From an uncultured Gemmatimonadales bacterium (GTDB lineage: Bacteria; Gemmatimonadota; Gemmatimonadetes; Gemmatimonadales; GWC2-71-9): a DNA stretch of 64,000 nt. The DNA lies in the NCBI GenBank assembly GCA_963779755.1, contig CAVZZO010000001.1, forward strand, positions 1,984,001 to 2,048,000, given 5' to 3'. A program made the translations under genes and the position numbers. This document shows, piece after piece, positions 17,378 through 32,867 of the stretch. Under the pieces are notes generated by a model. The model was not told the DNA's origin. It did no database searches and saw only the letters and a list, made by a program, of their open reading frames with translations. How positions within the stretch are numbered: position 1 is the stretch's first letter; every line of letters starts with the position of its first letter.

Positions 17378-19057
17378 ATGGGAAACGATCCCCATCAGCC
17401 TCATATCGACGATCTCTGGTACAAGAACGCCATTATCTACTGCCTCGATGTCGAAAAATACATCGACGCAAATGGCGATGGCATTGGAGACTTTGCCGGC
17501 CTGACCCGGCGGCTGGATTACCTCGCCGGCCTGGGCGTCACCTGCCTGTGGCTGCAGCCGTTCTATCCCTCTCCCAATCGCGACAACGGCTACGACGTCT
17601 CCGATTATTACGGGGTGCACCCCAAACACGGCACCCTGGGGGAGTTCGTGGAGTTCATGAACCACGCACAGCAGATCGGCCTGCGGGTGATCGTCGACCT
17701 GGTCGTCAATCATACCTCCGAACGGCATCCCTGGTTTCGCGCCGCGCGGAAGGACCCCGCTTCGTACTACCGGGACTGGTACGTATGGTCGACGACGCGG
17801 CCGGCCGACTGGAACAAGGGGGTGGTGTTTCCGGGCGTGCAGAAAGCGACCTGGAGCCGTGATCCCGTGGCCGGCGAGTATTACTTCCACCGGTTCTATG
17901 ACTTTCAACCGGACCTCAACACCGGCAATCCTGCGGTGCAGCAGGAAATCATGCGCATCATGGGGTTCTGGCTGCAGCTTGGCGTGTCCGGATTCCGGAT
18001 GGACGCCGTGCCGTTTCTGATCGAAGCCAAAGGGGCGGGTGTCGCCCCGCGCAAGCATTACGACATGCTCCACCTGCTGCGCGACTTCCTCCAGTGGCGC
18101 CGGCGGGACGCCATCCTGCTCGCGGAGGCCAATGTGCCTCCCGCCGAGAGCATGCACTACTTCGGCGACAGCGGCGACGACCTGCAGATGATGCTGAACT
18201 TTCCGGTCAACCAGCGGCTGTTCTATGCCCTCGCCACCGGGGATATCCGACCCCTGGTGCGAGCGCTGGAGGCCACCTACCAGCGGCCGCCGGCGGCACA
18301 ATGGGTGAATTTTCTTCGCAGCCATGACGAGCTGGATCTCGGCCGCCTGACGGACCGGCAGCGCGAGCGCGTGTTTGAGGCCTTCGCGCCGGCCAAAGAG
18401 ATGCGATTGTACCAGCGCGGGATCCGGCGCCGGCTGGCGCCGATGCTCGACAACGACCGCAGCAAGCTGGAGCTGGCCTTCAGTCTGCTGTTCACGTTGC
18501 CCGGCACCCCGATGCTGCAGTTCGGCGATGAAATCGGCCTGGGTGACGACCTCTCCCTTCCGGAACGGGAGTGCGCCCGGACGCCGATGCAGTGGTCCAG
18601 CGCGGAGCACGGCGGCTTCACCACCGGCAAGCCCGTAGCACCGGTCATCGCGGACCCGATCTACGGATATCAGCGCGTCAGTGTCGAAGCCCAGCGTCGC
18701 GACCCGCATTCGCTGCTGAACTGGATGGAACGAAAGATCCGGATGCGCAAGGAATGCCCGGAGATCAGCTGGGGCGACTGGAAGATCCTGAAGACCGATC
18801 AACCCGGGGTGCTGGTGATGCGGTATCAGTGGGATGACCGCACCCTGGTGACGCTGCACAACTTGACGGCCAAGCCGCGGGCGGTCGTGCTCGATCGGTC
18901 GGCCGTGGGCGCCGACACCGGCAGCGGCACGCTCGTCGATCTGCTCGCCACCAACGACAGCCACGCCGACGAGAGCGGCCGCTACGCCATCCAGCTTCAG
19001 CCGCATGACTATCGCTGGCTGCGCGCCGGCGGCATCGAGCTCAGCGTCCGGCCATGA
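17378..19057 (+). CDS. GH13 alpha-amylase family, trehalose synthase (TreS)-like
   Basis: DLWYKNAIIY, DNGYDVSDY, GFRMDAVPFL, LLAEAN, FLRSHDEL and RGIRRRLAPML; SD AAGGAG. Confidence 0.88.
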   Translation: MGNDPHQPHIDDLWYKNAIIYCLDVEKYIDANGDGIGDFAGLTRRLDYLAGLGVTCLWLQPFYPSPNRDNGYDVSDYYGVHPKHGTLGEFVEFMNHAQQIGLRVIVDLVVNHTSERHPWFRAARKDPASYYRDWYVWSTTRPADWNKGVVFPGVQKATWSRDPVAGEYYFHRFYDFQPDLNTGNPAVQQEIMRIMGFWLQLGVSGFRMDAVPFLIEAKGAGVAPRKHYDMLHLLRDFLQWRRRDAILLAEANVPPAESMHYFGDSGDDLQMMLNFPVNQRLFYALATGDIRPLVRALEATYQRPPAAQWVNFLRSHDELDLGRLTDRQRERVFEAFAPAKEMRLYQRGIRRRLAPMLDNDRSKLELAFSLLFTLPGTPMLQFGDEIGLGDDLSLPERECARTPMQWSSAEHGGFTTGKPVAPVIADPIYGYQRVSVEAQRRDPHSLLNWMERKIRMRKECPEISWGDWKILKTDQPGVLVMRYQWDDRTLVTLHNLTAKPRAVVLDRSAVGADTGSGTLVDLLATNDSHADESGRYAIQLQPHDYRWLRAGGIELSVRP

Positions 19058-19075
19058 GGCCCCGCGCGGCGCCCC

Positions 19076-23154
<4,079 letters not shown>

Positions 23155-23298
23155 CACTGTAAAGCCCTCATGCGAAGAGAACCGCGGGGCAGGTCCGCCG
23201 CGCCCCAACGTGCGCCGGGAAGTATACCCGCAGGGGGTCTACGACGCGCGGATCACCCCGGGTCATCGACGCAATCAGGTCCACGGATCACACAGGCG

Positions 23299-23326
23299 CT
23301 GAAAGCGGGACACCTCTCCGACCGGG
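23299..23326. repeat. 28-bp direct repeat, copy 1 (left of kdp operon)
   Basis: CTGAAAGCGGGACACCTCTCCGACCGGG is 26/28 identical to 31576-31603. Confidence 0.85.
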
Positions 23327-23353
23327 AACACAGAAAATGGCCGCGGAACCGCT

Positions 23354-24052
23354 TCACTCCGTCCGCAGCCGGTATCCGACGCCGGATTCCGTCGTCAGCA
23401 GCCGGGGGCGTGCCGGGTCCCGCTCCAGCTTGTGCCGCAGCTGGGCCATGTACACCCGGAGATACTGGGTGTGCTCGATGTAGCCCTGGCCCCAGACTTC
23501 CTTGAGCAGCTGCCGGTGGGTGACCACCTTGCCTGCATGGCGGATGAGGGTGGCCAGCAGCTTGTACTCCGTCGGCGTGAGGTGCACCTCCCGGCCGCCG
23601 AACCGCACCTCGCGCCGGCCGAGGTCCACTGTCAGGTCTCCGGCCACGAAGACCGGGTCGGGTGAGCCCCCTGGAGGCAGGGCCGCGTGCCGCAGGGCGA
23701 CGCGGATCCGGGCCAGCAGCTCCGGGACGCCGAACGGCTTGGTCAGGTAATCGTCGGCGCCGATATCCAGCGCCGCCACCTTGTCCTGCTCTCTGCCGCG
23801 TGCCGAAATGACGATGATGGGCGTGGTGGTCCACTCCCGCACCTGCCGGGTGAGCTCCAGCCCGTCCATGTCGGGCAGCCCCAGGTCCAGCAGGATGACC
23901 TCGGGGTTGCGGCCGGCCACCTGGGCCAGGCCATCCCGTCCGGTGGTGGCTTCGACCAGTTGATAGTCCAGATTCCCCAGTGCGGCGCGCAGGAACCGCC
24001 GCATCGGCGGCTCGTCCTCGATCAGAAGAATGACGGGTGGCGATCCGGACAT
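23354..24052 (-). CDS. kdpE: Response regulator KdpE
   Basis: LLIEDE, LLDLGLPD, GADDYLTKPF and a winged-helix C-terminus (YLRVYMAQLRHKLE). Confidence 0.96.
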   Translation of the reverse strand: MSGSPPVILLIEDEPPMRRFLRAALGNLDYQLVEATTGRDGLAQVAGRNPEVILLDLGLPDMDGLELTRQVREWTTTPIIVISARGREQDKVAALDIGADDYLTKPFGVPELLARIRVALRHAALPPGGSPDPVFVAGDLTVDLGRREVRFGGREVHLTPTEYKLLATLIRHAGKVVTHRQLLKEVWGQGYIEHTQYLRVYMAQLRHKLERDPARPRLLTTESGVGYRLRTE

Positions 24053-24059
24053 GGCGGTC

Positions 24060-26744
24060 TCAGACCTCGGCCGCTTCGACCGGGGTATCCAGCGGGGGCG
24101 CACCGGCCAACGGGATGGCGAAGCGGAACAGCCCGCCTCCTCCCGGGCGCGGCTCCGCCCAGATCCGCCCACCATGCGCCCGGAGGATACCGCGACAGAT
24201 GGTGAGGCCGAGTCCGGTGCCGGCCGCGGCCCCGGGAGTCGAGGCCCGATGGAACTTGTCGAACACTGTCTCTTCTTCGTCCGGCGGAATCCCCGGTCCG
24301 CGGTCGGCCACGCTCACCACGATGTCCCCGCCTTCCTTGCGGGCGGTGATTTCGATGGGGGTACCCTCGGGGGTGTAGCGGGCGGCATTCTCCAGCAGAT
24401 TGATAAAGACCTGCTCCATCAGCAGGCCGTCGACCGGTACCAGGAGCATGTCGGGCAGGTGGACCTCGACCGGATGCTGCTGCAGCTGGTCGCCCAGCCG
24501 CAGCAGCGCGACCCCGATGACCTCCTCCAGCGGCAGCCATTCCTTGTGCACTCCCAGCGTGCCGGTCTCGAGCCGCATCATGTTCAGCAGGTTACCCACC
24601 AGGCGTGTCATGCGCTGCGATTCCTGCAGAATGGTCTCGGCCAGCTCCCGGCGGGCCGGCACGCCGGTGACGGCCGGATCCTGCAACAGGCTGCTGGCCG
24701 CGCCTTCGATGCTTCCGAGCGGCGTCCGCAGGTCATGGGAGAGCGAGCTGAGCAATGAGCTGCGGAGACGCTCGGCTTCGATTTCCATCTGGGCGTTGCG
24801 GTTGCGCTCCGCCAGCCGGGCCCGCTCCAGCGCAATCGCCGCCTGGCCGGCGAAGGTCTCCAGCAGGCGCCGCTGGACCGGATCGCGAAGGCGGGACGGA
24901 TCCGCGGCCCAGACACCCGCGATGCCGACGGCCCGGCCGGACACGGTGAGCGGCAGATAGAGGCCCGACGCCGCGGGAAGCGTATCGGTGCTGGCGCCGG
25001 CGGGCAGCCGGTGCTCATAGGCCCAGCGGGCCACGCTGCGTTCCTTCCAGCTCGCCAGCGGCCCCTCGCCGGGCCAGATGAGATCGCCGCCGGGGCCCGG
25101 CAGGACAATGGCGACCGTGCTGTCGAGCGTTTCCTCCATGTGGCGGCTGGCGATTCCGGCCAGGGCCTTTTCATCCGCGGTGGCGGCCAACTCGCGGCTC
25201 ATGGCATAGAGCGTCGCCGTCCGGCGCTCGCGTTCCCGGGCCGTCTCGGCCTGTCGGCGGATGCGGGCGGTGAGCCGGCTCATCACCAGCGCCACGACCA
25301 GCATCATCAGAAAACTGAGGAAATACTGGCTGTCGGAGACATCCAGGGTCCCGTAGGGCCGGACGAAGAGGAAATCGAACGCCGCGATGGTCAGGACCGA
25401 GGCGAGGACCGCGGCGGGCTGGGAGAACCTGGTGCCGACGATCACGACTTCCAGCAGGAAGAGCATCGCGACGTCGATGATCTTGAGATGCGTTCGCAGC
25501 GGCAGGAGGAGAATGGTCGTGAGCGCCACGATCCCGGCGGCCCGCACGTATTCCCGGAGCGGTGTCGCCTGCCGTGCCGGGACGAGCCGGCTCGGCAGGG
25601 CCGGGGATCCCTCGCCGGTCACCACGTACACGTCGATGGTGCCGCTCTGCCGTACCAGGGCCGTCAGCAGCCCACCCCGCAACCGCGTCCAGAGGGTGGG
25701 GCGCGCCGGTTTGCCCACGACGATCTTGGTAATGTTGTGCTGCCGTGCGTAGGACAGCACCTCATCGGCGATGCGTTCGCCCTGGACCGTGGCCGCTTCC
25801 GCGCCGAGCGACTCTGCCAGACGGAGGTGCTGGGCGACCATTTCCCGGTCGGCCGGGGACAGCCGCTCGTGCGCGGGCGATTCGACGTAGAGCGCCACCC
25901 AGGGCGCGTGCAGGCTGGCGGCCATGCTGTGGGCCGCGCGCAGAACCCTGGCGGCCACCGGGGCGGGCCCGACGCAGACCAGGAGTCGCTCGGTAGTGGG
26001 CCAGACCTCGCGGATTCCCTCCAGTCGCATGTAGCCGCGCATCTGCGCATCTACCCGCTCGGCGGTACGCCGGAGCGCCAGCTCGCGCAAGGCAATGAGA
26101 TTGCCCCGCCGGAAGAAGCGATCTACCGCCCGGGCCGCCTGCTCCGGCAAATAGACCTTGCCTTCACGCAGACGTTGCAGCAGGACATCGGGCGACACGT
26201 CCACCAGCTCGATCTCGTCGGCCCGTTCCAGCACGGCGTCCGGCACGGTCTCCCGCACGGTGACGCCGGTGATCTGGGCGACCACGTCGTTCAGGCTCTC
26301 CAGATGCTGAACGTTCATCGTGGTGTAAACGTCGATTCCGGCGCCCAGGAGCTCTTCGATGTCACCCCAGCGCTTGGTGTGGCGCGAGCCCGGGGCGTTG
26401 CTATGGGCCAGCTCGTCCACCAGCAGCAGAGCGGGCCGGCGGGCCAGGGCGGCATCGAGGTCGAACTCGAGCAGCGTCGTGCCGCGGTAGGAGAGCGCGT
26501 GACGGGGAAGGATGTCCAGACCGGCGAGCAAACGCGCGGTTTCTTCCCGGCCGTGGGTCTCGGCCAGGCCGACCAGAACGTCCACGCCGTCGGCCCGCCT
26601 GGCGCGAGCGGCCTCCAGCATGGTGTACGTCTTGCCCACGCCGGGACAGGCCCCCAGGAAGATCTTCAGCCGCCCCTGGGCGGCCCGGGTCTCCTGCGCC
26701 TGGACTTCGGCCAGCAGCAGGTCGGGATTTCCGCGCCGGTCCAT
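24060..26744 (-). CDS. kdpD: Sensor kinase KdpD
   Basis: GRLKIFLGACPGVGKT, LVDELAHSN, USP domain, 4 TM segments, GAF and SHDLRTPL. Confidence 0.97.
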   Translation of the reverse strand: MDRRGNPDLLLAEVQAQETRAAQGRLKIFLGACPGVGKTYTMLEAARARRADGVDVLVGLAETHGREETARLLAGLDILPRHALSYRGTTLLEFDLDAALARRPALLLVDELAHSNAPGSRHTKRWGDIEELLGAGIDVYTTMNVQHLESLNDVVAQITGVTVRETVPDAVLERADEIELVDVSPDVLLQRLREGKVYLPEQAARAVDRFFRRGNLIALRELALRRTAERVDAQMRGYMRLEGIREVWPTTERLLVCVGPAPVAARVLRAAHSMAASLHAPWVALYVESPAHERLSPADREMVAQHLRLAESLGAEAATVQGERIADEVLSYARQHNITKIVVGKPARPTLWTRLRGGLLTALVRQSGTIDVYVVTGEGSPALPSRLVPARQATPLREYVRAAGIVALTTILLLPLRTHLKIIDVAMLFLLEVVIVGTRFSQPAAVLASVLTIAAFDFLFVRPYGTLDVSDSQYFLSFLMMLVVALVMSRLTARIRRQAETARERERRTATLYAMSRELAATADEKALAGIASRHMEETLDSTVAIVLPGPGGDLIWPGEGPLASWKERSVARWAYEHRLPAGASTDTLPAASGLYLPLTVSGRAVGIAGVWAADPSRLRDPVQRRLLETFAGQAAIALERARLAERNRNAQMEIEAERLRSSLLSSLSHDLRTPLGSIEGAASSLLQDPAVTGVPARRELAETILQESQRMTRLVGNLLNMMRLETGTLGVHKEWLPLEEVIGVALLRLGDQLQQHPVEVHLPDMLLVPVDGLLMEQVFINLLENAARYTPEGTPIEITARKEGGDIVVSVADRGPGIPPDEEETVFDKFHRASTPGAAAGTGLGLTICRGILRAHGGRIWAEPRPGGGGLFRFAIPLAGAPPLDTPVEAAEV

Positions 26745-26753
26745 GGAACAAAG

Positions 26754-27376
26754 CTAGGGGATTCGGGGGCCGGCGGTGAGGGACCGCCCCTTCCGGGCAT
26801 TTCGGCGCAGGCTGTCCAGCCCCAGATTCAAGCTCAGCACATTCACCCTCGGCTCCCCCAGAATACCGAATTGCCGCCCGGTGATGTGACGGCCGATCAG
26901 TGCCCGCAGCGTGTCCGCGGCGAGTCCGGTAGCCCGGACGATGCGCGGAACCTGATAATCGGCGGCGGCTGGAGTGATGTCGGGATCCAACCCGCTGGCG
27001 GATGCCGTAAGCAGGTCCACCGGAATGGCATCGCCGGTCGCGCCGTCTCCCCGTCGGAGGGCGGCGGCGTCCTGCTGCATCCGGTTCCGCAAGACCGGAC
27101 TGGAGGGGCCCAGGTTGGAGCCGCTGGACGCGGCCGCATTATAGGCAAAGCCAGGCGTGGCCGAAGGACGGCTCCAGAAGTGCCCCGGCTGGCTGAACGC
27201 CTGCCCGATGAGCCGGGAGCCGAGCACCCTGCCGTCCCGGGTAATCAGATCGCCCGAAGCCTGCACCGGGAAGACTACTCCCCCTACCAGGCTGATGAGG
27301 GCGGGATAAACGCCGCCGGTGAGGAGCGTCAGGACCAGAAAGGCCAGCAGGGCGGGGCGGAGCTGCGCACGAAACA

Positions 27377-27377
<1 letters not shown>
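26754..27377 (-). CDS. kdpC: K+-transporting ATPase subunit C
   Basis: GSRLIGQ, SSGSNLGP, TASASGLDP and GEPRVNVL. Confidence 0.97.
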
Positions 27378-29445
<2,068 letters not shown>

Positions 29446-29449
<4 letters not shown>

Positions 29450-31188
29450 GGTCCCCGGAGCAGCAGGTGCTCCACGATGGGCCCCAGTGCGAGAGCGGGC
29501 AGGAAGGTGAGCGCCCCGATCAGGATCACCGTGCCGAGCAGGAGACCGACGAACAGCGGGCTGGCGGTGGACAAGGTTCCCGCGCCTTCAGGCACGCGCT
29601 TCTTCCGGGCGAGCGAGCCGGCGATGGCGAGGACCGGCACCATGAGCCAGAACCGCGCCAGGACCATGGCGATGGCCAGCGCCACGGCGTAGAACGGGAG
29701 ACCGGCGTTGAGGCCGGCGAAGGCGCTGCCGTTGTTGTTGCCGGCCGAGGAGAAGGCATAGAGGATTTCGCTGAACCCGTGCGGGCCGGCGTTGAACGCC
29801 CCCCCGCGGCCGGCCGGCAGCGACACGGCCGCGGCGGTGCCCAGCAGCACACAGATGGCGGGGATCAGCACCACCAGCATGGCCATCTTCACTTCGTAGG
29901 CCTCGATCTTCTTTCCCAGGAACTCGGGTGTGCGGCCCACCATGAGCCCGGCGATGAACACCGCCAGGATGCCGAAGATCAGCATCCCGTACAGGCCCGA
30001 GCCGACGCCGCCGAAGATCACCTCCCCCAGTTGCATCAGCCAGAGCGGCGCCAGGCCGCCCAGCGGGGTAAAGGAGTCGTGCATCGCATTCACCGATCCG
30101 TTGGATGCCGCGGTGGTGGCGGTGGCCCAGAGCGCGGAGTTGGCGATGCCGAAGCGGACCTCCTTGCCTTCCATGTTGCCGCCGGCTTGGAGGTCGGTCG
30201 CCCGCAGATCGGCGCCGGCGGCCGATTCCATTGCGGTACCGTGCTGCTCGGCGGCGATGGTGCCGGCGGCCAGAGGGACGAAGACGATGGTCATCGCCGC
30301 GAGGATGGCCCAGCCCTGGCGCGTATCTCCCACCATCCGGCCGTAGGTATGGCAGAGGGCAGCGGGAATGAGCAGAATCGCGAGCATCTCCAGCAGGTTG
30401 GAGAGCGGCGTGGGGTTCTCGAACGGATGCGCCGAGTTCACGCCGAAGACACCGCCGCCGTTGGTGCCCAGTTGCTTGATGGCGACCTGAGATGCCGCCG
30501 GCGCGCGGGCGATCACCTGGTGAGTCACCGTGCTGTCGCCCGCCCGCTGCGGTTCAACCAGCTCGGCCGTGGCCGGGCCCCGGAAGGTCTGCACCACTCC
30601 CTGGGAGACGAGGGCCAGGGCCAGCATGGTGGAGAGCGGGAGCAGGATGTACACGGTGCCGCGCACCAGGTCCACCCAGAAGTTGCCGATGGTTGCGGCG
30701 TTGCGCCGGGTGAACCCGCGGATGAGCGCTACCAGCACCGCCATGCCGGTGGCGGCGGACACGAAGTTCTGCACCGTGAGGCCGGCCATTTGGGTGAGAT
30801 AACTCAGCGTGGTCTCGCCGCTGTACGCCTGCCAGTTGGTGTTGGTGACGAAGCTGATCGCGGTATTGAAGGCGATGGTGGGGGCGACGCCGCCCAGGTG
30901 CGCGGGATTGAGCGGCAGGAATTGCTGCCCCCGTTGCAGCAGGTAGAGGCCGGCGAATCCGACGGCGCTGAACACCAGGACCGCGGCGGCGTAGCCTGTC
31001 CACGCCATCTCTGCGTCCGGAGCGATGCCCAGCATCCGCAACAGTGCGCGCTCCAGCCAGCCCAGGAGGCGGGTGGCCCAGAAGCCGTCGCCCTGATATA
31101 CGCGGGCCATGTAGTGGCCCAGCGGCCAGGCCAGCAGCAGCACCAGGCCGACGTAGCCGGCCAGCTGAAGCCAGTCGCGGCCGGTCAT
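29446..31188 (-). CDS. kdpA: K+-transporting ATPase subunit A
   Basis: [27 protein letters not shown] and NNGSAFAG. Confidence 0.98.
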
Positions 31189-31277
31189 TCGAAGGACTCT
31201 GGCTTCAACAGCGCCAGGAGGAGATAGACCAGCAGGCCCAGCGCGATGAGCCCGCTGATCCAGTCAGCGGCGGTCAC
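31185..31277 (-). CDS. kdpF: K+-transporting ATPase subunit F (30 aa)
   Basis: GTG start; (M)[29 protein letters not shown] has the YL..AL..PE.F motif; ATGA overlap with kdpA. Confidence 0.9.
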   Translation of the reverse strand: MTAADWISGLIALGLLVYLLLALLKPESFE

Positions 31278-31357
31278 AGGCGCTCGCAGAGACGGATCAA
31301 GCTGGCGGTGCCGAAATACAGGCCGGCAGCAAGGAGGAGGAGCTGCAGATCGGTCAT
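31274..31357 (-). CDS. 27-aa hydrophobic peptide upstream of kdpF
   Basis: MTDLQLLLLAAGLYFGTASLIRLCERL*; its stop overlaps the kdpF start (GTGA). Confidence 0.75.
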   Translation of the reverse strand: MTDLQLLLLAAGLYFGTASLIRLCERL

Positions 31358-31412
31358 GGGGGAATAGTGGCGGCCCCGGGATCAGGGGGATGTCAGAGAC
31401 ACCGGCTGCCAC

Positions 31413-31428
31413 ATCAAGAAGGCGTAAA
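31413..31428 (-). promoter_or_regulatory. Putative KdpE-binding box
   Basis: TTTAC-gccttc-TTGAT on the minus strand; half-sites 11 bp apart, like the E. coli TTTAT-N6-TTTAC kdp box. Confidence 0.55.
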
Positions 31429-31575
31429 GGGAAGGTCAGCGGCCCTGAGCTGGGAGCGAAGATCAGTTTTCGAGGTGCCGCGAGGCCTTCGCGGGCCCTC
31501 AGCTTATCAGTTCAGCTTCGCGTGGGTGAGGCCGCTGTGCGCGCCGATCCGGGGTGATGTACCTGCTGAACGGCC

Positions 31576-31617
31576 CTGAAAGCGAAACACCTCTCCGACC
31601 GGGTGGTCGAAGAGGCG
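31576..31617 (-). terminator. tRNA terminator hairpin containing direct-repeat copy 2
   Basis: Minus strand GCCTCTTCGACC-accc-GGTCGGAGAGGT followed by GTTTCGCTTT. Confidence 0.7.
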
Positions 31618-31632
31618 CAGGAACGTAGGCGA

Positions 31633-31706
31633 TGGGCGATGAGGGACTTGAACCCCCGACCTCGCGCATGTGAGGCGCGCGCTCTAACCAGCTGAGCTAA
31701 TCGCCC
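31633..31706 (-). tRNA. tRNA-Val (CAC), CCA not encoded
   Basis: GGGCGATTAGCTCAGCTGGTTAGAGCGCGCGCCT-CAC-ATGCGCGAGGTCGGGGGTTCAAGTCCCTCATCGCCCA folds as a cloverleaf. Confidence 0.96.
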
Positions 31707-31746
31707 TGGGGGAGCCTTGATTTGGGCTGGGGAGTCTAGACAAGCA

Positions 31747-31824
31747 GGTCGAGGGGGTCAAGAGGGTCGAGACGGCTGAGCGCAGCTGACCTCGACCGCC
31801 TCGACTCTCTTGACCCCCTCGACC
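31747..31824. repeat. Long inverted repeat built of GGTCGAG-like units
   Basis: GGTCGAGGGGGTCAAGAGGGTCGAG ... CTCGACTCTCTTGACCCCCTCGACC; a related tract lies at about 60230-60310. Confidence 0.75.
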
Positions 31825-31829
31825 ACCCC

Positions 31830-32867
31830 CTAGATCAATCCCCCCCGCCTGAGCTTCCCGATCTGATCGTACCGCTCCTCGTGCATCGCCAGGACCTCGT
31901 CGGGAAATACGGTGGCGACGCCGGCCTTGCTCACCTCCACCCCCGCGGCGTAGTTGGCCAGGACGGCGCCTTCCAGCACCGAGGAGCCCGCGGCCAGCGC
32001 CGTCCCCAGCCAGGCGGTGACGGTATCCCCCGCGCCGGAGACGTCGAAGACCTCCCGGGCCAGGCTCGGGATGTGCGACACCGCGCGGTCCTTGGTGACC
32101 AGGACCATGCCCTGGGCCCCCAGCGTCACCAGCAGGTTGTCCACGTTGAGACTGGTCAGCGCCTGGGGCAGCGCGTCGCGATGCTGCAGGTCCACCCGGG
32201 CGCCCAGCGCCGATTCCAGTTCCCGCCGGTTGGGCTTGAAGACGGTGGCGCCGGCGTACTCGAAGAATTGCCGGAACTTGGGATCCACCACCACCGGCAC
32301 GCCGCGGCGCAGCGCGGCGGTCATGGCCGCCTTGATGAGCGGCGGGGCCAGCACTCCCTTGTTGTAGTCCTCCAGCAGCAGCACGTCGGCGTCCTGGATG
32401 GCTTCCATGACCATGCCGGTGAGGCGCTCCAGGTCGTTCCCCTCCAGGAGCAGGTCGACTTCCTCGTCGATCCGTACTACCTGCTGGCCCCGCGCCATGA
32501 CCCGGGTCTTGCTGGTGGTGGGCCGCCCGGCCACGGTCATGATGCCCCGGTCGTCCAGCTGCGCCGCCGCCAGGTCCTGCCGGATACTGAGGCCGTTCTG
32601 GTCGTCGCCCACCGTGCCGATGAGCTGGCAGCGCGCGCCGGTGGCGGCAACATTGGCGGCGACGTTGGCGGCGCCGCCCAGGGCGGTGCGCCGCTCGCTG
32701 ATGGTGACCACCGGCACCGGCGCCTCGGGGGAGAGCCGTTCCGTATCGCCCACGAAATAGCGGTCGAGAATGATGTCGCCCACTACCACCACCCGGCAGG
32801 CGCGGAGTTTGGCGATCACGTGCAGCAGCCGGTCGCGGGAGAGCGGCGGATACGGCGTCTGTCTCAC
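31830..32867 (-). CDS. rfaE1: D-glycero-D-manno-heptose-7-phosphate kinase (HldE kinase domain, PfkB family)
   Basis: VVGDIILDRY, RLSPEAPVPV, GGAANVA, DYNKG and DVSGAGDTV. Confidence 0.93.
   Translation of the reverse strand: MRQTPYPPLSRDRLLHVIAKLRACRVVVVGDIILDRYFVGDTERLSPEAPVPVVTISERRTALGGAANVAANVAATGARCQLIGTVGDDQNGLSIRQDLAAAQLDDRGIMTVAGRPTTSKTRVMARGQQVVRIDEEVDLLLEGNDLERLTGMVMEAIQDADVLLLEDYNKGVLAPPLIKAAMTAALRRGVPVVVDPKFRQFFEYAGATVFKPNRRELESALGARVDLQHRDALPQALTSLNVDNLLVTLGAQGMVLVTKDRAVSHIPSLAREVFDVSGAGDTVTAWLGTALAAGSSVLEGAVLANYAAGVEVSKAGVATVFPDEVLAMHEERYDQIGKLRRGGLI

Noticed and set aside
31430..31575. c-di-AMP (ydaO) riboswitch upstream of kdp
   Set aside because: Some GCTGA repeats and hairpins are present, but I could not match the consensus, and the region lies upstream of the inferred KdpE box and promoter.
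31633..31650. Classical att site (duplicated tRNA 3' end) with an integrase
   Set aside because: I found no second copy of the tRNA 3' end and no integrase or transposase in the window; one could lie beyond the left edge.
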